Translations under genes and position numbers: made by a program
Shown here: positions 44,441 through 59,680 of the stretch, piece by piece
Layout: each line of letters begins with the position of its first letter
Position numbering within the stretch: position 1 is the first letter of the stretch
NCBI GenBank assembly: GCA_964016885.1
Contig: OZ024756.1
Coordinates: 37,200,001-37,264,000, forward strand
Direction: 5' to 3'
DNA length: 64,000 bases
Source: Eledone cirrhosa
Lineage: Eukaryota
Notes under the pieces: model-generated
The model's database searches: none
What the model saw: the letters and a program-made list of their open reading frames with translations, nothing else
What the model was told of the DNA's origin: nothing

Positions 44441-44526
<86 letters not shown>

Positions 44527-44878
44527 ATTATATATATATATATATGTATATGTATATTCATATTTATATATATATATACACACACACATATACACACTGA
44601 CACATACACACATATATATATACACACTGACACATACACATATATATATACACACTCACATATATATATATATTTATTATCACATTTCGAATATTTTCTT
44701 GGTAAACATTTTGATATAATTTTAAGATAAGAGAAAAAAAAAATCTTACTTTTCATTAAAAAAAGCAAACATCGATGTTCTGAGGAGTTCAAATCCCAGG
44801 AAGGTTGATTCTTCGTTTCTTATATTACCACAGGGTTTTGCCTAAATAAGTATCAATAACAATATTAATTTATATTAT

Positions 44879-45068
44879 AATTGTTTCTACATTTGACACA
44901 AGGCCAGCAATTATCCCAGCGCATTACTGGTACTTTATTTTATCGACCCCGTAAGGATGAAAGGCAAAGATAACCTCGGCGGGATTTGAACTCAGAATGG
45001 CAAGGGCCGTAACTCTATGCGTCAAAGCATGGCGTCTGACCGTCTACCGATACTGCCAATCCACCGCC
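44879..45068 (-). mobile_element. Full-length tRNA-derived SINE (short-tail subfamily)
   Basis: Matches the SINE consensus. Confidence 0.9.
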
Positions 45069-46283
45069 GTTAATTTATATTATAATAAGGAAAAGACACA
45101 TTTTATTTGAAAAGAAATTTACAATTTATTAATATTTGCATTTTATAATAGAAGGTCGGTTAAAAATGTCTTGGGCTGACGAAGAAACTCTCATGGACTG
45201 ACCAAATGAGGTTTATTTTTCAACATAGTGCCGAGAAAGAAGCAATTCAGTTATTATTAATAAGAAAAGTTAATGCATGCAAGATACAAATAAGACGATT
45301 TTTTTTTATTAACAGTTCCCTTCGACCAAGTTCAATGTTATTTTATAATTTTTCCCTTCTTAGCCAGAGAAGATTGGGGGGGGGGGGGGGTAGAGAGAGA
45401 GCAGCACCCCAGGGGACAGAACGAGCAACGCCCCAGAGGAGAGAGAGAGAGAGAGTAGCGCAACGCCCCAGAGGAGAGAGAGAGAGAAAGCGACGCTTAT
45501 GACTAGAGTTTGGAGCAGGTGGCGGGAAAGGAAATCATCACGTATGGTTCGTTGCCATGGGAGGCAGCAATGCATGAAGATATCGACTTCTTCCCAGACC
45601 AAAGGAGACCTGGTTGATCCTTGTTCTTGCAGCAGAGTCTTTTATATAAAGGCACCCGAGGACCATGTGGTTGAAGAGGGGGGGGGGGGGGCGTTAGAGG
45701 TGGAGATTGTGTTAAACCGGGTGGAGGTTTGCAATCAGTAAAACCAACGACAACATCGTAATGTGTTCATGATACCTCGGGTACTTGTTTTATCGACGCT
45801 GAAAAACTGAAAGATAAAGACACATTCCTATCTAGATGGGAACCAAGTAATGGGAGGCACAGTTATTTTGATACGTTTCCTGACTGCTGCTGCTGCTGTT
45901 ACTGTCGTTGATGATGATGCTGATGATGATGATGATGATGATGCTGATGATGATGATGGTGGTGATGGTGATGATGGTGTTTTATTAGGGGTACGATAAA
46001 GGGGATAGAAGATAAAGCTACCTAAAACTACCCAGGAAGCTGAGTACATGACACACTTTAGAAGTCTTATTTATGATCATTTCTTTGTATGTGTTGTGCA
46101 GAGAAGGAAACAGACAGAAGCTGTAGGATTTCAGAATATCAGTTGTTTAGAGGGAGAAAGAATATTAGGAAATTACCGTCAGACTAACAGCTGGGGTACG
46201 AGCGTTCGCAACAGAGAGGACTCCCCTAACGACAGCCATGGGCCAGCTAGGGGCTTGTGGTGTTGTTAAACCAGGCGATAAAT

Positions 46284-46511
46284 AATTATTTCTGATTTAG
46301 GCACAAGGCCAACAATTATGGAGGAGGGAAAATCGATAAAACCGACCCCAGTGTGTTACTGGTACTTTATTTTATTGACCCCCCCCCCCCTCCCCCGTAA
46401 GGATGAAAGGCAAAGCTAACCTCGGCGGGATTTGAACTCAGAACATAAAGGGCCGTAACTCTATTCCACTAAGCATGTTGTCCGTCCGACGCTCTACCGA
46501 TTCTGCCATCC
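46284..46511 (-). mobile_element. tRNA-derived SINE (long-tail subfamily)
   Basis: Matches the SINE consensus. Confidence 0.88.
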
Positions 46512-46611
46512 GAACGCATTCCATTAACAGGCGGCCACAATGCAACTGATGGCTTTTGAAACAGTACAGTTCCTATCTGTCAGTTCTTATTCTCTCATCA
46601 GAAGACTAGAC

Positions 46612-47101
46612 CAGTCATGCGCAACCTGCGCCCCGCCTGATGATGAGCCATATCTCATGTGGCCCGCCTGATGATGAGCCATATCTCTTGCGGCCCGCCT
46701 GATGATGAGCCATATCTCATGTGGCCCGCCTGATGATGAGCCATATCTCTTGCGGCCCGCCTGATGATGAGCCATATCTCATGTGGCCCGCCTGATGATG
46801 AGCCATATCTCTTGCGGCCCGCCTGATGATGAGCCATATCTCATGTGGCCCGCCTGATGATGAGCCATATCTCTTGCGGCCCGCCTGATGATGAGCCATA
46901 TCTCATGTGGCCCGCCTGATGATGAGCCATATCTCATGTGGCCCGCCTGATGATGAGCCATATCTCTTGCGGCCCGCCTGATGATGAGCCATATCTCATG
47001 CGGCCCGGCCCGCCTGATGATGAGCCATATCTCATGTGGCCCGCCTGATGATGAGCCATATCTCATGTGGCCCGCTTTTCGAAAAAGGTTGCCCATGCCT
47101 G
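46612..47101. mobile_element. hAT (Charlie-like) MITE filled by a 31-bp tandem array (~14 copies)
   Basis: TIRs cagtcatgcgcaacct / aggttgcccatgcctg; imperfect 8-bp TSD gactagac/gacaagag; unit ggcccgcctgatgatgagccatatctc(atgt/ttgc). Confidence 0.8.
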
Positions 47102-47445
47102 GACAAGAGTGTAGAAGATACTTGCTCAAGGTGTCTTGTAATCTCACAGCTATGTTGTCATTTGTTACAGCTTATTAAAGTCCTTCGGAAAGGCATGGCC
47201 ACCACCACAGCTTTCAATCTTCTCCCTTCCTTTCGTCACACGAAGAAATATAATCTATATGAAATAAATGGATAAAAAGTTGCCACCCCCACCCCAGCCA
47301 CCCCACCCCACCCCAGCCACCCACCCCACCTCACCCCAGCCACCCACCCCACCCCAGCCACCCCACCCCTTCCCACCCCAGCCACCCCACCCCAACCACC
47401 CCTTGGTACGGAACGTGTCTGCTAACTAAGTACCTTCTTTGACTG

Positions 47446-47567
<122 letters not shown>

Positions 47568-47597
47568 CATATATATACATATATATATATGTGTATA

Positions 47598-47755
<158 letters not shown>

Positions 47756-47762
47756 TACACAC

Positions 47763-47843
<81 letters not shown>

Positions 47844-47872
47844 CATGTATATATATACATGTATATATATAT

Positions 47873-47915
<43 letters not shown>

Positions 47916-48080
47916 ACTATGTGTGTGTATGTGTGTATATTTTCATGCTCTAGAAAAGTATTTCAGTCGCTAATATTATTCAGAGTATACGAAAGACTGT
48001 GCCATACACAACCACACACGTACACGTACACACACACGTACACACACACACACACACGTACACGTATACACACACGTACA

Positions 48081-48114
<34 letters not shown>

Positions 48115-48146
48115 CACACACACAAAGAAAGAGAGAGAGAGAGAGA

Positions 48147-48276
<130 letters not shown>

Positions 48277-48472
48277 TATATATATATATACACAGACACA
48301 CACCAAGTGTCAGTAAAGTCATTTGCTAATCTTTTAATCAAAACACGACCCACCTTTTTGATTTGCATGGGTACATACGTTGGTTAGGGAAGTGGAGGAA
48401 CCGAAAGGTTTTAACTTTTTTGTAGAGCCTACTAGTGGTATGGGGATTGATATATTATATGTGTGTGTGTGT

Positions 48473-48530
<58 letters not shown>

Positions 48531-48548
48531 ATTATTGTGCATATGTCA

Positions 48549-48745
48549 GGGTGGTGGATTGGCAGTATCGGTAAAGCGTTGGACTCCATGCTTTGTGTAG
48601 CATAGAGTTACGCCCCTTTATGATCTGAGTTCAAATCCCGCCGAGGTTAACTTTGCCTTTCATCCTTACGGTGTTCGATAAAATAAAGTACCAGTAATAT
48701 ACTCTGGGTAATTGCTGGCCTTGTGCCAAAAGTAGAAACATTTAT
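48549..48745 (+). mobile_element. Full-length tRNA-derived SINE (short-tail subfamily)
   Basis: Matches the SINE consensus. Confidence 0.9.
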
Positions 48746-48774
48746 TGTGCATATGTAGGCATTATCAAGCTCAT

Positions 48775-48963
48775 ATATACACATACATATACTGACACAT
48801 ACATACATACATACATACACATACATACATACATACATATATACACATACATACATACATATACATACATACATACATACATACATACATACACATACAT
48901 ACATACATACATACATATATACACATACATACATACATACATACATATATACACATACATACA

Positions 48964-48997
<34 letters not shown>

Positions 48998-49270
48998 CAC
49001 ATACATACATACATATATACACATACATACATACATATATACACATACATACATACATACATACATACATACATACATACATACATACATACATACACAT
49101 ACATACATACATACATACATATATACACATACATACATACATACATACATATATACACATACATACATACATACATACATACATACATACATACATACAC
49201 ATACATACATACATATATACACATACACACATACATACATACATACATACATACATACATACATACATAC

Positions 49271-49303
<33 letters not shown>

Positions 49304-49398
49304 CACATACATACATACATATATACACATACATACATACATACATACATACATACATACATACATACATACATACATACATACATACATACATACAT
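48775..49398. repeat. (TACA)n array
   Basis: Directly visible. Confidence 0.97.
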
Positions 49399-49534
49399 AG
49401 GTGCTGAGCTGGCCAACCGCAGGTGTGATTCTCGCGAGCTGGAATGGCTTTTCCAGCGCGTCTCCCCTGCCGTCCCCCGGGGAAACACCTTCTCCATTCT
49501 GTCCCCCAGGGCTGTGGGGAGGCCACCAATATGA
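49397..49534 (+). pseudogene. CRE-like RLE retrotransposon C-terminal remnant
   Basis: IGAELANRRCDSRELEWLFQRVSPAVPRGNTFSIL matches the D-RE--LFQR-S-A--RGN--S-L end typical of CRE-clade elements. Confidence 0.7.
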
Positions 49535-49642
49535 TTGACTGACTTGTCATTTTATCAGTCAACTGTTGCTGTCGTTAGATAACTAGGTACCTGTAGATGA
49601 ATGTTGATACTCGTTTGGCTTTCTCGGTTTTACTTGGACAGT

Positions 49643-49695
49643 AGGCTTCCTGGTGATTTCTCCCGAACGAAACAGTTCTAGTCCTGTAGAAGCCT
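49643..49695 (+). ncRNA. Family A hammerhead (A6G variant)
   Basis: aggcttc-CTGGTGA-t ttc tccc gaa c-GAAA-cag ttctagtc ctg-TA^-gaagcct. Confidence 0.65.
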
Positions 49696-50039
49696 TTCTA
49701 TATCAAAGAGAGAAAGAGGTGAGGGCGATATAGTCTCAGCTGCGTGACTCCTCAGTTGGGACTATACCTTAAATATATACCTTCCCTACTCTGCAATTTA
49801 ATATGGAGCTACTACCCTGATCTACGGAATACTCAGCCAGTTACACGTTACTTTACAAAGAAGGCGTTTTCGTTGATCGAATGAACTGGAACTCTCGACG
49901 TCGGAATTGACGGAGTTCCAACACTCACATATACACACATATATAAATAGATGTATACATATATATATATATATACATATACATACATACATATACATAC
50001 ATACGTACATATTTATACATACATATATATATGAATATA

Positions 50040-50130
<91 letters not shown>

Positions 50131-50363
50131 GTATATATATGTATATATATATATATATACATGGGTGTGTGTGTATATGCATATGTGCATATACATATAC
50201 TCATGTACATGTATATTTACACTTAGAAAAAAGTGAAAATAAATATAGAGGTTAATTATTACAGCTGCGCTTGGTAAGACTATCGGAGACACTAAGTCTG
50301 AATATCGTACAACTATTATATATACATACACACATATATATATATATATATATACATACACAC

Positions 50364-50484
<121 letters not shown>

Positions 50485-50499
50485 TATATATATATATAT

Positions 50500-50530
<31 letters not shown>

Positions 50531-50834
50531 AGTTAGTAAACGTTCTATATGTATCACTTTATATATGGAAAATTATGATTTTTCGGCCACATTGTATGCT
50601 GATGTCGAAAATCAGTATGCAAGAGTTTTATCGAAAAAACAATTTAAACTAATAACAAATGTTTTGATGATCCAAAACGGAGAAAACAGGCTTTGCTAAA
50701 ATCAATTTTTTTTTTATTATACATGTTATAAAATCCCTTTTATATATATATACCAGGTGCGCTTTTCAAACTCTTTTTTAATCATTCTCCTTCACCCCCG
50801 CCCTTCCCTACAATATTTCTAATTTCTCATTCTT

Positions 50835-50870
50835 TCTTCTAATGAAAGTCTAGCGTCCGAAACGTTAAGA
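50835..50870 (+). ncRNA. Degenerate ultra-minimal hammerhead-like motif (relative on minus strand at 55767-55802)
   Basis: tctt-CTAATGA-a-agtc tagc gtcc-GAAA-cg-TT^-aaga; the 55.8-kb copy has a perfect ggac/gtcc stem II. Confidence 0.4.
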
Positions 50871-50968
50871 CCCTCTTCCTGCCATTTCAAGCGTTAACCT
50901 AATATATTCCTTTCATATGCTGTACGGATTGTGTTGTTGTTTCCGTTTACCTTTTACACATACATACA

Positions 50969-50999
<31 letters not shown>

Positions 51000-51193
51000 G
51001 GAGAATAGGATGGTTGTGTAGTTGCTAGTTAAGTTAGGCATTAAAAAAAAATGGAATGAGAGTGAGAAGAAAGAAGAACGGGGGAGGGAAGTTTTCTTCA
51101 TCGGTTGTCTACTGGGGGTCTCGGATATTTCAACGCTTATATATATATATATATATTGTTATACTTTGGAAGGATCATGTTGCCAATAAGAAA

Positions 51194-51273
<80 letters not shown>

Positions 51274-51387
51274 GTTTGAATATGTATAATAAGGCCAAAA
51301 CAATGCAGGTATGGACATAGAAAAAAGAATGCAATTGCAAAAGATATTGTTGACAAATCGTCTTTTACCTTAGATTTATTTAAATGT

Positions 51388-51422
51388 CCTTAATTTTCGA
51401 GATAATATCTCTTCTTCAGAGG
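51388..51422 (-). ncRNA. Ultra-minimal hammerhead-like motif
   Basis: cct-CTGAAGA-a-gagat att atctc-GAAA-at-TA^-agg. Confidence 0.5.
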
Positions 51423-51489
51423 GAAATAAAGGTCTCAAACCAGCCTTCTAAACATCTTGCCAAGCCATGCTGACAGGAAATAGTATAGA

Positions 51490-51552
<63 letters not shown>

Positions 51553-51582
51553 TCAATTGCATGAACTCATAATCCTTTATTT

Positions 51583-51638
51583 ACTGCTATATATATTTCG
51601 ATGATAGCCATTGAATGGCTATGACCTCAACAGACAGT
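51583..51638 (-). ncRNA. Family C-like hammerhead (A6U variant)
   Basis: actgt-CTGTTGA-ggt c atagcca ttcaa tggctat c atc-GAAA-t atat ATA^-gcagt. Confidence 0.65.
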
Positions 51639-51692
51639 TAGTCAGTTCTTAGATATGCCAGCTCTGTGTTTATGGTGTTGATGGTATCAGAG

Positions 51693-51834
<142 letters not shown>

Positions 51835-52592
51835 AATGTGTGTGTGTATGTATGTCTTGTAAGTTATTTAATTCCCTAGGTCAGCCATATCCAAACATAC
51901 CTGTGATCAATGTCACACCTGCCATACTACCTAGCCCGTCTCTTTGTAGGCTTTACGTACCCAATATTACATTTTCCAAGTTATCATTATCATTTTTATC
52001 TTTTTTAAAATACGGTAAGAGGTTTAATTAGAGGGAGATTTGGTTGTTATCTCTAACAATTGGAGCGAACATGTTGGCTAGTGTGGTACCCAGGATTATC
52101 TGATGTCAAAAAAGCAGTAAGAGAGAGAGAGAGGGTAATTAATTTACTACTACTACAAGAAAATAAAAATTAAACTACAACTTTTCTAGATGTAACATTA
52201 TAATTGAATCCAGATAATTATTCTTTAATAGCCAGCTTGTGTTAAATTAATTAGTGAAAAGGCTGCGATGAGTTGGCAGTCTTTTTATGTTGGTTGTTGT
52301 GTACAGGGCTTTAGTGTTAAATTGTTATATGTAATTTATCGTTCCAGGTCGGTGTAGGAACCACTTGGGGTAGAGAGAGACGTAGTAAAATACATGAGCC
52401 AAACGTCACTTCAATTTCTATGTGATTGGCAACATTGATACTGGCATGTACTGTACATTTGTAATCTAAATTGGTTTGTCTTGATGATCACAGCAGTAAA
52501 ACAGAAACATCCTTTGAGAAATTGTTCCATGTAACAAGATCTTATGCACACATATATATATATATATATATACACACTCACACGCACACACA

Positions 52593-52775
<183 letters not shown>

Positions 52776-52821
52776 CAATCAGTAGGTTTTAAAACCATGT
52801 TTTATTATCCAAGGATCTAAA

Positions 52822-52880
52822 TCTAGCTATGGAAACGTCCGGAGCTCAGCCGTCGGATCCCGAATCTTTTCATATTACCC
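52822..52880 (+). mobile_element. Diverged family B half-hammerhead fragment
   Basis: tctagctatg-GAAAC-gtccggagctcagcc-GTC-ggatcccgaatcttttcatattaccc, closest to the 41.4-kb variant. Confidence 0.55.
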
Positions 52881-53071
52881 ATATATATATATGTGTTTGT
52901 GTCTATATTGTATCTGTATTCTTGACCGTTGGTCAGTCAATGGCAACATTGAGGACCGAATAAATTAAATTAACCGATATAAAAGACAGAGAAGCGAAAA
53001 CCAACCAAACAGTGAGTGTGTTCTGTTATTAATTCTGGCAATATTACACAAATATGACCCTCCCCAAGTAT

Positions 53072-53110
<39 letters not shown>

Positions 53111-53329
53111 TAAATCTACCAAGAGTTTACGGTAGTGTCCAATCCGTATGAAGAACTCAATATAATCCGGATATCATGGAAAGAAGAGATGCATTCAAAA
53201 ATAATGAATAAAACAATGATGAAATCATTGAAATATGAGTGGCCAGTTACAGCCAGTTTGAACAGAAGAGGTGAGAAAATTCTGACCGGATACGGCCAGT
53301 TTAAATGCTAAAGGGTTAATCGTCTTTGC

Positions 53330-53592
53330 CTTCCCTTCAAATTGCTGGCCTTGTGCCAAATGTAGAAACAATTATTTATGACTTGAGGGCAGTTAATTGC
53401 CAGTATCGTTAGAGCGTAATTTCTTAACCCCCTTTCTGTTCTGAGTTGAAATCCCACCGAGGTTAACTTCGCCTTTCCTCCTTCTTCTCAGATCGATATC
53501 ATACCGTACCAGTAAAGTGCTGGGGTCAATATAATTCACTGTGCCCATCCTACTTTTGAATTTCTGGCCTTGCACCTAAATTAGAAATAATT
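53330..53592 (+). mobile_element. SINE tail fragment followed by a diverged full SINE (53387-53592)
   Basis: Matches the SINE consensus. Confidence 0.8.
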
Positions 53593-55354
53593 ATTTAGGA
53601 TTTAGGGTGGTGTATTAGATAAATTCATTAGAGTGTCAGGCAGAATGTCTTGTGGTTGGTGGGGTGTGGGCTGTGTGTGTGGTGGTGGGGCTAGGAGTGA
53701 TGGTTGGATGTGGGGTTGGGGTGTAAGGTACGTTACCTATTAAATGTTACGCCTGCCACTACCAACACCATAACCACCACCAGCAGTGTCAGCACCGCAA
53801 CTACCATCACTGCCCACACCACCAACACCACCAACACCACCACTATCAACACCACTACTACCATCATTAGCATTATCACCACATCTTCCACTACCACCAA
53901 TAACATCACCTGCGCCAACACCACCACCAGTACCACCAACACCACCACCATCACAAGCATCACTACCATCACCATTAACATCACTACCATCAATATGAAC
54001 ACCAACACCACTACCGCCACCATCACCACCACCATCATTACCACCACCATCACGACAATCATTACCACCACCACTACCACCACCTTCACCACCATCATTA
54101 CCACCACCACCACCACCACCACCACAACAACAACCACCACCCTCGCCACCATCACTAAGACAGTGCACCACCAATACCACTAACATCACCAGCAACACTC
54201 ATCCATCCACACAGGCACGCACACGCAAACGCACACACACATACATACACACACACACGCACACACACACATACACACGCACATACACATACACGAAATG
54301 AAGTCAACACAGAATCTTACGTCACACATAACTCACCAACACTCCGTCGCCACCACCACCACCACCTCCACCACCACCTCCACCATCACCACCACCTCCA
54401 CGACCAGCACCACTTCCACCACCAACACCACTTCCACCACCAACACCACTTCCACCACCACCTCCTCCACCACCACCACCACCACCACCACCACTACAGT
54501 CCCCCACCACCACCACCAACATCACCACCACCACCACCAACACCTCCTCCACCACCACCACCACCACCACTACAGTCCCCCACCACCACCACCAACATCA
54601 CCACCACCACCACCACCACCACCACCATCACCACCACCTCCACCACCAGCACCACTTCTACCACCACCTCCTCCTCCACCACCACCACCACCAACACTAC
54701 AGTCCACCACCACCAACATCACCACCACCACCATCACCACCACTTCCACCACCACCTCCTCCTCCACCACCACCACCACCTCCTCCTCCACCACCACCAC
54801 TACAGTCCACCAACACCAACATCACCACCATCACCACCACTTCCACCACCACCACCACCACCAACACCACTCCCACCACCACCACCACCACCACCAACAC
54901 CACTACCACCACCACCACCACCATCACCACAACACATCTGTCAGCATCTGCCATACCACTACCACTACCACTACCACTACCACCGCCACCCCCATCGCAC
55001 TCCTTCATCCTCCTCCAACACACGCTATCCCCCCCCCACCCCAGTCTGTCCGTGTGTCTAACTCTCTCTCTCCCTTCTCCTCCTACCCTCCTCTCTCCGC
55101 CCATCTCTCTCTCTCTCTCTCTCTGTCTCCACTAACTTTAGACTTCAGCAGTGATGGAACGAACAAAGAAGCTAAGAATAACTGTTGCTATGAAGTGTCG
55201 AGGGGGTCCCTGGGAGTTAAGTAGAAAGTGGAAAAGGGGAGAGCGATGAGTTGAAAGATCGTGCCTGCTGCCTTTTCAATTGGGAGAGGGGGGGGGGGGG
55301 CAGGAGATGGAGGTGACAGTAGTACACACACATACACACACACACATACGTATA

Positions 55355-55390
<36 letters not shown>

Positions 55391-55527
55391 TGCGTGTGTG
55401 CGTGTGTGTGTAATATATACATATATATATATACGCAAGTGTGTGTGTATGTATACACGCACTCAAACATATACATAGATGTATATATGTCTATATATAT
55501 GTATATATATATATATATATATGTGTT

Positions 55528-55558
<31 letters not shown>

Positions 55559-55619
55559 GATATATACACAAATATATATATATATATATATTTGTGTGTA
55601 GTTTGGTATACATTATATT

Positions 55620-55655
<36 letters not shown>

Positions 55656-55962
55656 TGCACATTCACAAATATATGTATAAGAAAAGTCTTTAAGGAAAAA
55701 GAGGAGGAGAACTATACAGTATAATGATGGTATATTAGTTTAAAGCTTGATATAGATTTAAAAGTGCCTTAACCTTTCGGACGCTAGTCCTTCAACGGAA
55801 GATAGATAAAAGAGAAAAGAAGCTGATTGGAGGAGTGAGTCTTGTTACAGGGGCATCTGACAAGAACAAGAGTTTTTGTCTGGTGATAAACAGGCGAAAC
55901 TCTAGAGGAACAAACCTCACTATTTAGCCTTAATAAAATGAATATATATAAATATATATATA

Positions 55963-56014
<52 letters not shown>

Positions 56015-56018
<4 letters not shown>

Positions 56019-56204
56019 AAAAAGTATGACCCCGACGACAGAGCTCAAGCCGTTTCGACGGCTATTTCTAGAAATAGCCGTCGAAACGGCTTGAGCTCTG
56101 CCGTCGGGGTCATACTTTTTCCTATTACCCACTCTACTACCCTAAGTATTGAGTAATCTGGTTCGTTATGGTCCACCTGGTTCCTTACCACAATTCCTTG
56201 GTTA
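56015..56204. mobile_element. Family B fold-back cassette
   Basis: Palindrome centred on atttctagaaat, plus the family tail. Confidence 0.8.
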
Positions 56205-56260
56205 TATATATATACATATATATATAACCAAGGAATATTTTCATTCGGGAGAAATCATCA

Positions 56261-56313
56261 GGGCTTCCTGATGATTTCTCCCGAATGAAACAGTTCTAGT
56301 CCTGTAGAAGCCT
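56261..56313 (+). ncRNA. Intact family A type I hammerhead ribozyme
   Basis: gggcttc-CTGATGA-t ttc tccc gaa t-GAAA-cag ttctagtc ctg-TA^-gaagcct; inverted duplication of the core at 56239-56262. Confidence 0.82.
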
Positions 56314-56334
56314 TTTCTATATTATGTATGTATA

Positions 56335-56372
<38 letters not shown>

Positions 56373-56599
56373 GAAAGGGAGAGCCAGGCGTGGCAACTGG
56401 CATGGAACTACAATTATGATGGAGCTTACTCTTCTCAAATTCTTGATCCTATCACCTCTAAGCATATCATGTACACGTTTACACTCCACTCGCAATTCAT
56501 TTATTAATCATGTGTATATTTAGCATTGATTATTAAAATAGCTTTAATGAGAAGTTGGAAATGTTCACATCTATCCAGGTTCTCTTAACAGCTTAAAGT

Positions 56600-57520
56600 G
56601 AGCTACATTTTACATATGGCTTGGACTTATTATAAGCTTTGGTGTACTGACATTTCACCTCTGGTCTGGGCCCATTTCTAGATAATAGTAAGCTACATTC
56701 CACATCTAGCCTGGGCTAATTACCAGCTTAGAATGAGCCAAATTTTACATTTGGCTTGAGCCAATTACCAGCTTAGAATAAGCCATATTTTACATTTGGC
56801 TTGAGCCAATTACCAGCTTAGAATAAGCCACATTTTACATTTGGCTTGAGCCAATTACCAGCTTAGAATGAGCCATATTTTACATTTGGCTTGGGCCTAT
56901 TACCAGCTTAGAATAAGCCACATTTTACATTTGGCTTGGGCCTATTACCAGCTTAGAATGAGCCATATTTTACATTTGGCTTGGGCCAATTACCAGCTTA
57001 GAATGAGCCACATTTTACATTTGGCTTGGGCCTATTACCAGCTTAGAATGAGCCATATTTTACATTTGGCTTGGGCCTATTACCAGCTTAGAATGAGCCA
57101 CATTTTACATTTGGCTTGGGCCAATTACCAGCTTAGAATGAGCCACATTTTACATTTGGCTTGGGCCTATTACCAGCTTAGAATGAGCCACATTTTACAT
57201 TTGGCTAGGGCCTATTACCAGCTTAGAATGAGCCACATTTTACATTTGGCTTGGGCCAATTACCAGCTTAGAATAAGCCACATTTTACATTTGGCTTGGG
57301 CCTATTACCAGCTTAGAATGAGCCACATTTTACATTTGGCTTGAGCCAATTACTAGCTTTGGTTTGCCTGTATTTCACATCTGGTTTGGGCCTATTACTA
57401 GCTTAAAATAAGCTACATTCAACATCTAGCCTGAACCTATTACCAGCTTAGAATTAACCATATTTTACATTTGGCTTGACCCTAACCAGCTGCAATTTAC
57501 CCCTGGTATGGGCCTATTAC
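56600..57520. repeat. 45-bp minisatellite (~14 homogeneous copies with degenerate flanks)
   Basis: Unit gcttagaatgagccacattttacatttggcttgggcctattacca. Confidence 0.95.
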
Positions 57521-57831
57521 TTACTTTGCAGGGCCCTAGAGTGAGAGTGAGCAAGAGCGACGGCCTTCTCGGGGAGAATCTGGGGTTTTATTTGAACAGC
57601 CCGCTAGTGGTGGTGATGGTGATGGTCGCGTTGATGGTGAAGATGCGGGAGGTGGTGGGGAAGATGATGGGGGGGGGGGGGTAATGTGAAGGGAGGGGCT
57701 GGGTTCTTTGTTGTTGTTGATGATGATGGTGATGATGATGTGACAAATGCAATGAGTAGGTTTAAAGTCAACAGAAAGAAGGAGTCATCCCATCTATCTA
57801 TTCAATCAATTAGACTGGGGCAAACGACATC

Positions 57832-57903
<72 letters not shown>

Positions 57904-58091
57904 TTGTTGGTTTGCTATGAATACCGAAGTAGATATACGTCTAGTGAAGTTTCATTATAAATTATACACAACACTATCACCCACACACGTACACACACAC
58001 AAGTACACACACGTACACACACACACGTACACACACGTACACACACACACACACATACACGCGCACAGGCACACTTCTTATAACACCATTG

Positions 58092-58141
<50 letters not shown>

Positions 58142-58299
58142 TAAATATAAAACACTGTCCACATATACATAATATAACATCATATATACACAGACACATA
58201 CACACAACATCATTGATAAATTATATATATATATATATATATATAATTATATTTATATATATATATATATAATTATATTTATATATATATATATATATA

Positions 58300-58371
<72 letters not shown>

Positions 58372-58429
58372 TATAATTATATTTATATATATATATATAT
58401 ATTTATATATAAATAGAAAACTGTCCTTA

Positions 58430-58460
<31 letters not shown>

Positions 58461-59064
58461 TATACACACACACACACACACACACAGACATATACACGCA
58501 TACACACACACGCATACACACACACATGCATATACACACACGTGCACACGCACACAACGACACATATTCGCATGCATGCTGCGTACACATACATAGGCAC
58601 GTGCATGTACGCGCGACTGTGTGAAAGTGCGTGCGTATGCGTGCTTGTGCATGTGTGTGTGTGCCTGTGTGTGAGTCTGTGCATGTGTGTGTGTGCCTGT
58701 GTGTGAGTCGTGTGTGTGTGTTTAAAGGGGTATCTTTGTGAGGAAGCCGGGGTGGCAGCAGGGACGGGGTTTAAATTATGTACGATCTTTGAGTACATAT
58801 AAACACTTCTCACTATCAAAACACTCATATAAACGTCTCTGTCTGTCTGCCTGGCTGCCTGCCTGCCTGCCTGCCTGTCTGTCTGTCTGTCTGTCTGCCT
58901 GGCTGCCTGCCTGTCGGTCTGTCTGTCTGTCTGTAAGTCGGTCTGTCTGCCTGTCTGTCTATGTCTCTGCCTGTCTGTCTATGTGTCTGTCTGTCTGTCC
59001 CTTTATCTTATGTATCTCCCCGCCCACCTCATACATATATATATGTGTGTCCCTATCTCTCTCA

Positions 59065-59095
<31 letters not shown>

Positions 59096-59121
59096 CCCTC
59101 TCTCTATATATATATCCCCCT

Positions 59122-59228
<107 letters not shown>

Positions 59229-59334
59229 CATACAGTAGTTAAAAACGTGTCCCTGTTTGTGATGTATCAATAAAATATTTACATGATAACAATGTCAATA
59301 AAAATGAATGATTGGTTAAAGTTTGTGTAAACAC

Positions 59335-59680
59335 CACCTACACCTACCTGGCCACCCCACCTAGCTGACCACCCCACCTACCTGGCCACCCCTACCTAGC
59401 TGGCCACCCCACCTACCTGGTCACCCCACCTACCTGGCCACCCCTACCTAGCTGGCCACCCCTACCTACCTGGCCACCCCTACCTAGCTGGCCACCCCAC
59501 CTACCTGGCCACCCCACCTACCTGGCCACCCCACCTAGCTGACCACCCCACCTACCTGGCCACCCCTACCTAGCTGGTCACCCCACCTACCTAGCCACCC
59601 CACCTACCTGGCCACCCCACCTACCTGGCCACCCCACCTACCTGGCCACCCCACCTACCTGGCCACCCCTACCTAGCTGC
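59335..59680. repeat. 17-bp minisatellite
   Basis: Unit ccccacctacctggcca. Confidence 0.95.

Noticed and set aside
45490-45670. Protein-like minus-strand stretch (..LVWEEVDIFMHCCLPWQRTIRDDFLSRHLL)
   Set aside because: Contains an in-frame stop and has no splice signals; it may be a decayed LINE but I cannot assign it.
46632-47075. CTGATGA followed by a tgag/ctca hairpin in each 31-bp unit, resembling tandem hammerheads
   Set aside because: No GAAA box, stem III or stem I follows, and the unit is explained as a hAT subterminal repeat.
56690-57480. 45-bp array as a CRISPR array or as a repeat protein (ORF 56868-57344)
   Set aside because: No unique spacers, eukaryotic context, and several units carry in-frame TGA; it is an ordinary minisatellite.
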